From positions 40,300,001-40,364,000 of the forward strand of contig OX597832.1 of NCBI GenBank assembly GCA_951406725.2: 64,000 nt of DNA. The letters are read 5' to 3'. This DNA comes from Octopus vulgaris. Taxonomy: Eukaryota. The notes under the pieces are model-generated. The model saw nothing but the letters and a program-made list of their open reading frames with translations, was not told the DNA's origin and ran no database searches. Shown one piece after another: positions 49,761 through 62,042 of this stretch. Within the stretch, counting starts at the first letter, position 1. Each line of letters opens with the position of its first letter. The translations under genes were made by a program, and so were the position numbers.

Positions 49761-50223
49761 ATCCTTTATAGAATTCAACAAGTACTATTTGAGTACTGGG
49801 GTTGGTGTAACTGACATATCCCCTCTCCCAGAATTGCTGGCCTTGAGCCAAAATTTGAAACCATTATTATACACACAACAGATTAGACAGCTGGGAAAAA
49901 ATTCCTAGCATCGGGCTACAAAAAATAAACTTAGATGTCAAGAACCTTCCTAAGTGTCTTAGCTGTCATTAATAAATGATACTATTTTCTGGAGCTGCAC
50001 TAAACCATGTTTTATGCCTATTTCCTCAATCCATTTGTTGAAATCTTTAGGGATAGTTCTTAATGTACCTATGACTACAGGGATACATTTTTACCTGCAC
50101 TTTCTAAAACACCTGTAACTGAATGGCTAGGTGCTGGTACTTTGCTATTTTCTAAGAAAACCTATTTCTTTACTACCCACAAGGGGCTAAACACAGAAGG
50201 GACGAACGGATTAAGTCAATTAA

Positions 50224-50442
50224 CCCTTTAGCATTTAAACCGGCCATATCCAGCCAAAATAGTTAATCTGTTTTATGTTCAAACTGACCAGATCCAAGCT
50301 CTCACACCTACCCTACAATGTTATTCTACATTAAGTAATTACACCATCAAGATCTTGAAGATATGAGATAATGCATGATTAATTCAAATAAATAGGAATC
50401 AATAAGCATTATGTTTGATTGAATAATCTGAACGCTAAAGGG
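50224..50442. mobile_element. piggyBac-type MITE inserted in a SINE
   Basis: TTAA|CCCTTTAGC...GCTAAAGGG|TTAA. Confidence 0.85.
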
Positions 50443-51315
50443 TTAAATTGACCCCAGTGCGTAACTGGTACTTAATTTATCGACCCCGAAAGGATGAAAG
50501 GTAAAGTCGACCTCGGTGGAATTTGAACTCAGAACATAACAGTGGACGAAATACCACAAAGCATTTCCCCCGGCATGCTAAAGGTTCTGCCAGCTCACCG
50601 CCACTATTGTTGTTATGTTGTTGCTGTGATGATGATGATGATGATGATGATGATGACAGTGAAGATGATGATAAGAAAGACAATTGAAATCTTTTGCTTT
50701 GTTGGGTCAAGGAAATCCTATGGAAGCACTAAAACCAATAATGTTTCACATATATTCCGTGTGTTGATTCTGATGCCATTCAGGAAATTTTCTCCATATC
50801 TCTCACATTAGAATGTCTGTTTCTTGAATATAACATGACATCAAAAAAATCAGGTGTTCCCACAGCAGTCACACCTGCTGATGAGATGCTTTAAACACAG
50901 GTTCACTTGTAGGTGTGACATAAACATCCTGGAGAGTCTATTTAAAAATACGATGCGATCACCATGACAAAGCCATACTTTGAACATAGCAGTTAAAATA
51001 TGGTGACTCTAAGTTTAGTGCTAATCATTGTTACTGTCATTTTCCATGCTTGACATGAATTACATGGAATTTGTTCAGGAAAATTTCCTATGGTTGGATG
51101 CCCATCCAGTCAGTGACACTCACTTGTTTCCAGGCAATGAATTTTTTTTCCTAATGGCCGGACATGATTTTTAATGGAATTTTGAAAATGGACAATGTCA
51201 TTTGCATGGCATGACAGTGATACTCATTAGTCATCACATGATGTCAAGACAAGGGTACACACAAATACACACACACATATATACATGTATAAACATGCAT
51301 GTATTTATATATATC

Positions 51316-51706
51316 TCTCTTTTACTTGTTTCAGTCATTTGACTGCAGCCATGCTGGAGCACCGCCTTTAGTCGAGCAAATCGACCCCGGGACTTATTCT
51401 TTGTAAGCCCAGTACTTATTCTATCGGTCTCTTTTGCCAAACCGCTAAGTGACGGGGACGTAAACACACCAGCATCGGTTGTCAAGCAATGCTAGGGGGA
51501 CAAACACAGACACACAAACACACACACGCATATATATATACATATATACGACAGGCTTCTTTCAGATTCCGCCTACCAAATCCACTCACAAGGCATTGGT
51601 TGGCCCGGGGCTATAGCAGAAGACACTTGCCCAAGATGCTACGCAGTGGGACTGAACCCGGAACCATGTGGTTGGTTAGCAAGCTACTTACCACACAGCC
51701 ACTCCT
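51316..51706 (-). mobile_element. tRNA-derived SINE family A, full length
   Basis: tRNA-like head (GGAGTGGCTGTGTGGTAAG...GGTTCAGTCCC), a CORE-like CTTGGGCAAGTGTCTT, an internal (TA/TG)n tract and a GACTGAAACAAGTAAAAGAG tail. Many copies in the window. Confidence 0.88.
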
Positions 51707-51720
51707 GCACCTATATATAT

Positions 51721-51912
51721 ATATATAAATTAGAAAAAACCCACCTTTTATCAATTCAATAATGAAAAATTAAATTACACCATCTAGAAAATTACATATT
51801 ACAGAAAAATTAAATATATTTAATTTTTCTATATGTAATTTTCTAGATGATGTAATTTAATTTTTCATTATTGAATTGATAAAAGGTGGGTTTTTTTTCC
51901 TAATTTATATAT
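51721..51912. repeat. AT-rich near-perfect palindrome within (TA)n
   Basis: About 95-bp arms centred on TTAAATATATTTAA near 51817. Confidence 0.9.
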
Positions 51913-52350
51913 ATATATTATAATAAGAGATATATATATTATTGTGTGTGTGTGTGTAGGTGTGGCTGGGTGGTAAAAATCTTGCTTCCCAACCACATGG
52001 CTTCAGGTTCATTTCCACAACATGGCACCTTGGGCAAGTGTCTTCTACTATAACCTCAGGCCGACCAAAGCTTTGTGAGTGGATTTGGTAGATGGAAACT
52101 GAAAGAAGCTTGTCATATATTTATGTGTCTGTGTTTGTCTCCCTGCCATCGCTTGACAACCAATGTTGGTATGTTTACGTCCCCGTAACTTAGCAGTTTG
52201 AATAAAAAAAAAATTGATGGAATAAGTACTTGGCTTACAAAGAATAAGTCCTGGGTTTGATTTCTTTAACTATGGGCAAGGTTGCAGCATGGCCACAGTC
52301 AAATGACTGAAACAAGTAAAAGAACATATATATATGTTCTATATATATAC

Positions 52351-52712
52351 AGGAGTGGCTGTGTGGTAAGTAGCTTGTTTACCAACCACATGGCTCCGGG
52401 TTCAGTCCCACTGCATGGCACCTTGGGCAACTGTCTTCTACTAAGCCTTGTGAGTGGATTTGGTAGACGGAAACTGAAAGAAGCCCGTCGTATATATGTA
52501 TATATATGCCTGTGTGTTTGTCCCCTAGCATTGCTTGACAACCGATGCTGGTGTGTTTATGTCCCTGTTACTTAGCGGTTCGGCAAAAGAGACCGATAGA
52601 ATAAGTACTGGGCTTACAAAAGAATAAGTCCTGGGGTCGAGTTGCTCGATTAAAGGCGGTGCTCCACCATGGCCACAGTCAAATGACTGAAACAAGTAAA
52701 AGAGTAAAGAGT
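52351..52712 (+). mobile_element. SINE family A copy (a second tandem copy lies at 51958-52325)
   Basis: Same structure as 51316-51706 in the opposite orientation. Confidence 0.87.
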
Positions 52713-55013
52713 ATATATATATATATAGAGAGAGAGAGAGAACTTGACATTGTTTAACTCCAAGTTAACTTGAATTTAACATACTTATAATGAAAGATAT
52801 GACAATTTTATTTTTGATTCCGTCATAATCTATCTAAGACTACATTATCCAGTGTAACCTCCTTACTTGTTTAGTTCCAGATCAGCTTAACCACAATTCA
52901 ACAGCTGTATACTGAAATGAAATGTATTCCAGCTGTGACCATGGGGTATCTGGGACTACACCAGCAAGTGTAACATTCCTCCTCGTCCTAAAACTAAAAC
53001 ATGTAAAGCATCCTTCTTTGTTGATGTTGTTCAGCTCCAGATCAGCTCTTAGCCAGCAGACATGATCAAAGGTGTTCCAGCTGTGATCATCCCAGCTTTT
53101 ATTCAACCAAAATGTATCCCTGATCACCTTACTTAATACGACCTTAGTTTTTTTTTTTGTTTTTTTTTCAGAGAACAAAGATTCAGCTACTATTTCTAGC
53201 ATGCGGAGCTGTCACATAGAGGCTCTGTTGTTAGCTCAAGACCAATATGTTTTAATGCATGAGAAGACCCGGCAGTTCTATATGGGATGTAGCCAGTCCA
53301 CTTATGCATACCTTTCCTTCTTGGGACACAAAACTCTACTTGTGAAGACCTGTTGAGGCAAGTGAAAATCGAAATCGATCAACATGAATGGAAATTGCAG
53401 CTGTGATACCAGTGCTGGTGGTACGTAAGAGAACTATCCGAACGTGGCCATTGTCAGCACCGCCCCGACTGGCTTCGTGCCAGTGGCAAGTAAAAAGCAC
53501 CATCCGATCGTGGCTATTTGCCAGCCTGGTCTGGCCTCCGTGCCAGTGGCACGTAAATAGTACCCACTACACTCACGGAGTGGTTGGTGTTAGGAAGGGC
53601 ATCCAGCCGTAGAAACACTGCCAGATCAGACTGGGCCTGGTGCAGCCTTTTGGCTTCCCAGACCCCAGTTGAACCGTCTAACCCATGCTAGCATGGAAAA
53701 CAGACGTTAAACGAAGATGATGATGATGAAGATGAATATACCCTATCCACAAGTCTATACACAATAACAACACAATACAGTAAAAAAGTTCAAGTAAAAG
53801 AAAATACACATGAATAACCACAAACACAATGTATTGAAGAAATTATCATTTATATAAAATCTCAAATGTGATGGGGGTTGGGGAAGATAGTTGTTGTTGT
53901 GTAGCCTTGGGCTTCCTCTGATTTGATCCAGTAGACTGATGGTAAATCCTTGTTGCAACCCAAACATTGGATATTGTTCCAGATATACAATAACTCTCCT
54001 TAACTGATATGCAGTGGTTTAATTTGTTGTATGACAGTGCAGTGATGTAATCTGGACATATTAAAAGTTCTCCATTATCAAAGTCTGTTTCTGTATCCCT
54101 GTAGATGTTGGGAGAGGTCACAACAAAGGTGTGGTGGGCAAGGAAAGAGTGTACTTGGTCAAACCCTGATAGTTGCTGTTCCTTGGCCTTTTATGATGTA
54201 TATCTGTGCATAGTGTTTTGGAAGGCAGGGAGCAGGGGGTGGGGATTATAATATTATAGTTCAGTATTTATGTACATGTAATCTCTGTGAATGTATGACA
54301 GAATGTACATGGTAGAGAGAAAGGTGCAGGTGAGATGTGCGACTAAAAAAAGGGCCGGGTGCAGTATAGTGAATTATATAAACAGGGTTGAAATGGTTGT
54401 GATGATCGTGATGTTGGGTGTGAAAGAAAAGTGATATAATGGGAGGAAAAGAGGCACAGGTCTAATATATAAGGCAAATATACAAAATATATCCGTTCTT
54501 GAGATGTAAATTATCAAGTATCTGGATAATAATGAAGGAAGGGAGGAAAAAGGGGACGGAGGGAGGGATGGACTAACAACTGACGAGGATGCTGTGGAGT
54601 TCCGATCCTCACAATCTCTCCACCTACACAACAACAACAACAGGTTCTAATTCAGGCACAAGGCCAGTAATTTTGAGGAAAGGGAAGATAGTTGGTTACA
54701 TAAACCCCAGTACTTGACTGATACTTTATTTTATCGACCCTGAAGGGATGAAAGGCAAAGTTGACCTTAGCAGGATTTGAACTCAGAATGTAAAGAGCCA
54801 AAGAAATACCATAGAGTGGTATTTTTTCCAGAACTCTAACAATTTAAACATAGGCACAAGGCCATAAACTTCAGGATAGGAGTATAACTAATTACATCAA
54901 CCCTCACAGTCAATAATATAAACTGGTACTTTGTGTAAAATTCAAAAATGTAGGTACAAGGACAGGAATTCTGATGGTAGGAAACAATAAATGAAATGGA
55001 CCTCACATTCATT

Positions 55014-55122
55014 TTACTAGCTTCAGCAGTACATATACTAAAAATTGGAATGACACAAGAGAGAAGTTTAGCATGGCCCGTGCAAGGATGACATGCAAAT
55101 TCATGAGGTGTCCCATATTTTT
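55014..55122 (+). pseudogene. U6 snRNA pseudogene (full length, degenerate)
   Basis: Colinear with U6 (CATATACTAAAATTGGAA...TTAGCATGGCCC...CAAGGATGACA..CAAATTC...CCATATTTTT). Shows CpG decay, indels and a disrupted ACAGAGA box. Confidence 0.9.
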
Positions 55123-56757
55123 CTATCTGAAGATGCTTGACTCAGAAGTAAGAGCATCAGGCTTACAATCATGAGGTTGAGAGTTCGATTCCAGGACCGG
55201 GCTGTATGCTGTGTTTTCGAGCAAGACACTTTATGTTGCTCCAATTCACTCAGATGTAGAAATGAGTTGCAACATCACCAGTGCCAAGCTGTATCAGCCC
55301 CTTTGCCTTTCTCTTGGACAATGTCTGTGGCATGGAGAAAGGAGACTGGTAAGCATGGGCAACTGCTGGCCTTCCACAAACAACCTCACCTGGATTTGTG
55401 CCTCAGAGGGGAACTTTCTAGTTGCAATACAATAGTCATTCAAGACCAAAGGAGGTTCTTACCCTTACCCTTATTTTATGGACCCAGAAATCCTTTTATC
55501 CAAAAGGAAAATCTGACCTCAGAGGGATTTGAACTCAAAACACAGAGACATGCCTAAGTACTGCAGGGCATCTTTGTCCAATGCTCTACTAATTTCATCA
55601 ATCTACCAGCAATAATTCACATCTAAATAGATGTAACACCTCAGAATCATAAATAAAAGGAAACGAGAAACTGTAACAGACATACTCTTCTTCAAAGATA
55701 TTAGCAACTCAAAATGAAGCAGTTCCAAGCGGGAACTGAAATCCGGTGCACATGGTTCAGTTCTCCAAGAGAACTTACCAGCAATTATTGTGGGGAAGAG
55801 TTTGTCAATTAAGGATTGGCACAGGGCCACACATTCTGGGAAAAGTGGTAGGATCAATCTAATTGAGTTCAGTACTTGATTGGTATTTATTATATTAATT
55901 AATCCTTGTGGGATTTGAACCCAAAATGTAAAGGCACTTAACCAAATACTGCATGTTGTTTGTTTGGTTCATTAACCAATTCCTCCATCTAACACTCTCA
56001 ATAATAATAATAATAAAAATGGCTTTTAATATAGGCACGAGGCCAATAATTTTTGAGGGGAGGGGTTAGTCCATTACATTGACCTAGTTGGTGCTGGGGT
56101 CAAGAATAATAATAATAATAATCCTTTCTACTATAGGCACAGGGCCTGAAATTTAGTGGGGAGCAGGCCAGTTGATTAGATCAACCCAGTACGCAACTGG
56201 TACCTAATTTATTGACCTTGAAAGGATGAAAGTAAATCTCAGCAGAATAATAATAATAATAACAATAATAATAGTAATAATCCTTTCTATTATAGGCACA
56301 AGGCCTGAAATTTTGAGGGGAAGGGAAAGTTGATTTTTATCAACCCCAGTACATGACCACTGCTTATTTCCATGACCCACACAAAAAAGATGAAAAGCAA
56401 AGTACCTCAGTGGTATTTGAACTCGGAACATAAAGACGGATGAAACACTGCTAAGCCTTCTGTCCGGAGTGCTAACGATTCTGCCAGCTTGCCGCCTTCA
56501 TAATAATAATCTCTTGCTTTTGCCACAAAGACAAGAGAAGAGGAATGAATCTGACTTCTTGCATAAGATATGATCTCTCAAATTATGATATTCATGCCTT
56601 TCTCTAAGGCATTTTCATAAAGCAGCTAAAACTGATAGCCCTTCCTTATCCTAATCTCTTATCTGCCAGTTTAAATACATTTAGTTAATTAACATGAACA
56701 TTTAGTCAGAGTCATGTATGTATGTGCATATATATTACATATATATATATATATATA

Positions 56758-57152
56758 CTCTTTTACTTGTTTCAGTCATCTGACTGCGGCCATGCTGGAG
56801 CACTGCCTTATAGTCGAGCAACTCGACCCCGGGACTTATTATTTGTAAGCCCAGTACTTATTCTATCGGTCTCTTTTGCCGAGCCGCTAAGTGACGGGGA
56901 CATAAACACACCAGCATCGGTTGTCAAGCAATGCTAGGGGGACAAATAGACACACAAACATACATGTACACACACATATATATATACATATATACGACGG
57001 GCTTCTTTCAGTTTCCGTCTACCAAATCCACTCACAAGGCATTGGTCGGCCCGAGGCTATAGTAGAAGACACTTGCCCAAGGTGCCACGCAGTGGGACTG
57101 AACCCGGAACCATGTGGTTGGTAAGCAAGCTACTTACCACACAGCCACTCCT
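56758..57152 (-). mobile_element. SINE family A, full length
   Basis: Near-identical to 51316-51706. Confidence 0.88.
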
Positions 57153-57580
57153 ATACACATACATACATATAATCACATATAATATACATTTATATATATG
57201 TATATATACGTGTGTATACATATGCCTATACATGCATGTCATATAGATATATATATCTCATATATATATATCTATCATACATACATATTTATTTATATAA
57301 AATGTATATATTTATACACACGCATGTATACATATAGAGTGAGAGTACATACAGAAGAATATTTACACTAATTCTCTCCAATTAAAACCAGATATTAACG
57401 CATGAAATCTTGTTTCCGTTTGCAGGAGGGTGAGACTTTTTTTTAGTGTGTGTGTGACATTAATAGAACAGGAAAATAACAATAATTAATAAACATAAAT
57501 TATTAGATTCTTCGTCCCAGATTTCTCACCATATTCATTCCGTTGTTGGCACCGATTTAATGAATTTTTAATTAAGAATT

Positions 57581-57790
57581 ATGAAGCCTGGAGGAGCAGT
57601 TGGGTCGCTGACAACGAAGTTTTTGTCATCATTGGTGACTCGCCTTATCAAGGCGTCAGGTGATGCCCGTGAGGGTACTTGGCTGTTCCAATGCCTTAGC
57701 CTGGCGATGGCCTGGGGGTAATGCCGCGAGCGTGTTGACTTGCTTCTGTAAGTTCCTCTGACCCTTCTGGGGGTGCGACCGATTGATGCA
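57581..57790 (+). mobile_element. CRE-like non-LTR retrotransposon 3' fragment
   Basis: GAVGSLTTKFLSSLVTRLIKASGDAREGTWLFQCLSLAMAW, then a +1 frameshift into GNAASVLTC. This matches the C-terminal QRLSLAIQRGNAASVL motif of CRE-type RLE elements. Confidence 0.7.
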
Positions 57791-59065
57791 CTTGGTGTTG
57801 AGTTGTTTTGTTTGTTGGGGTTTTTTTTTCTTCTTTCTTCGCTCGTGATTATATTTTCTTGTTTTGAATTTATGCTTTAATATGGAATATCCACGTAATT
57901 AAGTATACTGTACCTATAAATTCAAATAAATATAATTATTTTCATTATTTAAAAAAAAAAAGGACGGGATCATCACAAACAGTATACTATTGATCATAAG
58001 AAGAAAAAAAAAAGGCATAGACTATCAGAGTACACACACAGACGTTAATTAAACCGCTCAACAACAGTATATATATGTGTATATATAGTTTTAAATAGTA
58101 AAGACATTTTCTTTACATGAGCACAAGGCCTCGGGATTACAGTGTATAGGAAATGAGATCGTGCAGTGTTCATGGCTTTCTCATAAACATGTAAAGAGGG
58201 AAGAGAAATGAAATGAAATGCGGGTGATTTTATTTTACAATTATCCCCTGATTCGTTCCCCCCCATACATTTTAAAGTTTTGCTTTTCGCTTGTTCCTAT
58301 GTGACCGATATTAAATGTTACCCTAGTAGACATCGTCTCACCTATTTATTATACCTCAGACTTTCTTGACCATCTTTATTTATTTACCCCCGACACCACA
58401 GACAGAACTCGTTTACCTTCATCACCACCAGCACCAACACCATCATCCTTCCCACCCGGGGTCATATTTATACAACTTTTTCCCTATCAGCACGAGTTTT
58501 TTGGGGGAGTTTTTATTTTCCGCGCAGCTTCCGTCGCTCCAACAACATTCGATTGTGTGTGTCTCTGTGTGTGTGTAGAGAGAGATAAACAAGCAGCTAC
58601 GTAAACCACCCAACAACACACAAAACACTGCCGGGTGATGAAGATACAAAATAACTCGTGTATAAAGCTAATGAATGCCAGCTTGTGAGGTAACACTTCA
58701 CCCAAAAAATCTTCGCCAAGTGTTAATAAAGCCGCAAGGCCAGAGTATATAATGAAAAAGAAGGCACCGAGAGAGAGAGAAGAAAGTGAAAGTGTCGAGG
58801 AACAACGAGCAATCATCACAGGAAGTGATTAAATACAAGTAGCAGTAATAATAATAATAATAATAATAGTAGTAGTGATTGCTGTTGTTGTCTCGACACC
58901 CTCAGTCTGTCAATACCAAACCTAATAATAAAAAAAAGGAGTGAAAGGAGTAGAAATAGAAAAATAGAGAAGACAAATGGAGGGGATGGCTAAAAATAAG
59001 AGAATTCATCTCTTTTTCTTTTCGTGTTTTTGTTCTTTTTGTTTTTCTTTTTTGTCTTTTGCCAT

Positions 59066-60130
59066 TTATGAATGACCAGAGGTTGAGATCAAACGGTGTT
59101 TGTGAACAGCTTCGATAATCCCACTCCAACTGGAGCGCCTACTGTTGTCCACTTTCGATTTCTTACTAGACGACTGGTTGCTATTGTTGTTGCTGTTGCT
59201 GTTGTTGTTAGTGTTAGTGTTGTTATCCTCGTCAGAGCAGAACTTTTTACAAGGAGAACTGGAAGGTTGTAAGTCGATTTCTGAGCTGGATCCTTCGTCG
59301 TCCTCATCGTTGCAATTGACAGACAAGCAAGCCAGTTCCCCGCGACTGTTCCACAACGACCGTTTCTTTCTCTCCACCGGGCACCTAACAGACACTGCCT
59401 CTCTTTTATTGCCACTACTGCTACTGTTGTCGTTAATAGTTTGGCCGTCTTTGCAATCGTTGGATAGCTTTTCGGCAACTTTGTCCAGTTCTTCGGCGCC
59501 AACGCGGCAATGTTGAACAGTAGTAGTAGTAGCAGCAGTAGGAGAGCCTGGCTCCTGTTTGACCGAATGATGAGAAGATGTGTGAAAAGGTGTTGGCGGG
59601 GTTTTAAGGCATAGGTCGGCATTAAGAAAATCACAAGACGGATGATGTTCTTTTCTTTTGAGACTGAACGTAGTGAGAGATGGGATGGAAGATAGCTTTT
59701 CTTCGATGGATGAGGCGTAGTTGTCATCGAAGGCCATGGCTTCCTGAACCAGCAGCACCAAACCGTTCGCTTCGCCGCTTCCACTCGGCTGTTGAAGTTC
59801 GCGGACGAATCGGGAATTGTTGAGGTATTCACACAGCTTTTTGAAACAGTGTACCAAGATCCATATCTGCGTGTTTTCCACGAACAGCGACGAGTCCTTG
59901 CACCAGCTACACGAGGGCTTCAAGTTCATTTTGCCGCCAACGCAGCCGGTACAGACGAAATGCTGGCAGACGTTGGGCTCCGGTCCACAGGGTCGCCGCA
60001 GCAACTGACCACAGACACAACAAGACAGGGCCTGGCGAAGATAGGGCAGCAAGCGATACAAATCGGCCACACACTCTTCTGCTTGCATCACATATCGGCA
60101 TGTTGTTAAATACAATCGGACGGCATTCAT
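59066..60130 (-). CDS. MSL2: E3 ubiquitin-protein ligase MSL2-like, single-exon ORF of 354 aa
   Basis: The N-terminus LYRLLPYLRQALSCCVCGQLL...CQHFVCTGCVGGKMNLKPSCSWCKD...ENTQIWILVHCFKKLCEY matches the MSL2-specific RING region. The ORF is GC- and CpG-rich, followed by a low-complexity S/N/D-rich tail. Confidence 0.92.
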   Translation of the reverse strand: MNAVRLYLTTCRYVMQAEECVADLYRLLPYLRQALSCCVCGQLLRRPCGPEPNVCQHFVCTGCVGGKMNLKPSCSWCKDSSLFVENTQIWILVHCFKKLCEYLNNSRFVRELQQPSGSGEANGLVLLVQEAMAFDDNYASSIEEKLSSIPSLTTFSLKRKEHHPSCDFLNADLCLKTPPTPFHTSSHHSVKQEPGSPTAATTTTVQHCRVGAEELDKVAEKLSNDCKDGQTINDNSSSSGNKREAVSVRCPVERKKRSLWNSRGELACLSVNCNDEDDEGSSSEIDLQPSSSPCKKFCSDEDNNTNTNNNSNSNNNSNQSSSKKSKVDNSRRSSWSGIIEAVHKHRLISTSGHS

Positions 60131-60249
60131 TATTATATGTAAATGTATATAGTATACGTGATTTCTTTTGTGTTTTGTGTTTTCTTTCTCTCTCCGTTTA
60201 AATCACAACCAGGGTCGACAAAATGCTGGAGATAAAAAAAGCTGTCAAC

Positions 60250-60800
60250 AATAAACGTTGGTTAGTGACGCCAGCAGTAAGTCATCGATAACAATACAGA
60301 GCCTCTTTTTGAATCGCTCCCAGTCGATGATCGATTGGTCACGTCTAATCAGAGCTTTCTTGAGGGAGACTAATTTTTCTCTTCTTCAATTAATTAGTCT
60401 TATTATCGCAGAATTTTCGAGACGGACGCATAGTAAACATTTTAGTACCATGACACGACATAATACTTATACGTTATAGCACTGTTTACAACGACGACGA
60501 CTGGTTATTTCCTCCTTACGTTAACCTCCCTAAGTTTGCCGCGTTAATCCCTATTGGAGGGTTCGCGTCGCGACTGCGTTGCATGTTGGGTAAACGACAA
60601 GTTCATAATGACACGGACTGGTTTCTATACGGATATACATGAGTTATTTGATCGATACCCTGTACTTTACCGCCTAAGTATTGTGATTGGTTAAATCGAC
60701 TAATATCCTCTCCGTAAATTGATGCTCCGTGCCTATGTTGAAACCCCTCTTTGACAGATGCTCCCTTTACGGTCACATCGGTGCGGTGGATGTGCAGCTT
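60250..60800 (-). promoter_or_regulatory. CpG-rich putative MSL2 promoter with CCAAT boxes and a ZNF143/Staf-type site
   Basis: Unique, CpG-retaining sequence directly upstream of the ATG. ATTGG occurs at 60334, 60553 and 60686; TACCCAACATGCAACGCA lies on the - strand at 60575-60592. Confidence 0.55.
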
Positions 60801-61834
60801 TAACGCCTGCCGATTGATTTTTGTAGGGAGAAAAAAGTTATGGGCTGGAGTTAAAGAGGAACGGTAAAGTACTAATTGCTAGGTTTATCGGGTGGGACAT
60901 GCCTGAGCACTAGAGGCCTTGTAGTTATCCAGCCCGGGCCCCCACAAAATACATATTGCCTACAGTAGACCCAAAAGTGGTGCCCCCGCTCCATAAAAGT
61001 GAACCCCCACCCCAACTACGCTAGTGTGCCTGGGATTGTTTGTTTAACCCCAAGTTGCCCTTTATCGAACAGGCCTGCAAGATCAAAGGCATCGTACCCT
61101 TGATCATCCTGATTTTTATTTTTTTTAAAGACTAATGTGCCTTCCTCTTTTTAAGAAAATAGGGTGTGTTTGAGAGAATTCTGGCTGCTATTTCTAGCAG
61201 ATTGTGTGACCATACAGAGTCTCCTTTATTTACTTGAGGTGGTGATATGCAGCTTACTAATTGAGAGAAATGAAGAAACAAGAAGCAATGGGTTTGTGAA
61301 GCAGTGGTTGTAGTGTGTTGCTGTCATCTGGACATGGTCTGGGATATTTTTGTAACAGTGGCATCTGATATGTGAGTGCTACTTCAGTATAGGTCTAGGG
61401 TATCTGTGGAACAATAGCACTAAATGTGTGAGTAATACTTCAACAGGGTTTAGGATGAGTGGTACTTCAGTATGAGTTGGATCAGTGATGCCCATAATGA
61501 CAAACATTAAGCTCACACCTACCTTCAAAATAATGAAATTTTTTGGTTCTATTCTCCTTTATTAAAGAATTATGTGGATGCAAAACAAAAGCACCCAGTA
61601 GATTTTGTAAAGTGGTTGGCATTAGGAAGGGCGTCCAACCATAGAAACCATATCAAAGCAAGCATTGGAGCTTGGCGCAGTCCTCTGACTTTCTGGCATC
61701 TGTTGAATTGTTAAAAACATACCAACATGAAAAAAAATAATGTTAAATGATGACAATGATGTTTGGGATGTAGTTTTAGTTCATTACAGACTGTAATTTA
61801 GATGCAGTGAAACCTTAAGCTATAAATCGAAGGC

Positions 61835-62042
61835 GAGGGGCTTTCTCTGTTCGGGTTGCGGATCCGTGGAATAAGCTCCCGGACGAGATGGTGAAGATGC
61901 CGACAACTGCTCGGTTCAAAGTCTCCCTTGACCACAAGTGGCCTGAACTCTTTACATGAACACCACCCTGTACATAACTCCATGTTCCCCTACATGGCCT
62001 TGCTTTTTGCTTTTTGAGCCAATAATTAACTAACTAACTAAC
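61835..62042 (+). mobile_element. Short 5'-truncated CR1 LINE with target-site duplication
   Basis: GAFSVRVADPWNKLPDEMV...FKVSLDHKW, a (TAAC)n tail, and an 11-bp TSD AAATCGAAGGC at 61824-61834 and 62043-62053. Confidence 0.88.

Noticed and set aside
57590-57790. GC-rich island downstream of MSL2 that folds into a multi-hairpin structure (candidate novel ncRNA or roX-like RNA)
   Set aside because: The + strand translation matches the C-terminus of a CRE-type retrotransposon ORF (...LFQCLSLAMA/GNAASVL), which explains the composition. No known ncRNA motifs were found.
59089-60109. Overlapping alternative-frame and antisense ORFs within MSL2
   Set aside because: Shadow ORFs of a GC-rich coding region with no recognisable motifs.
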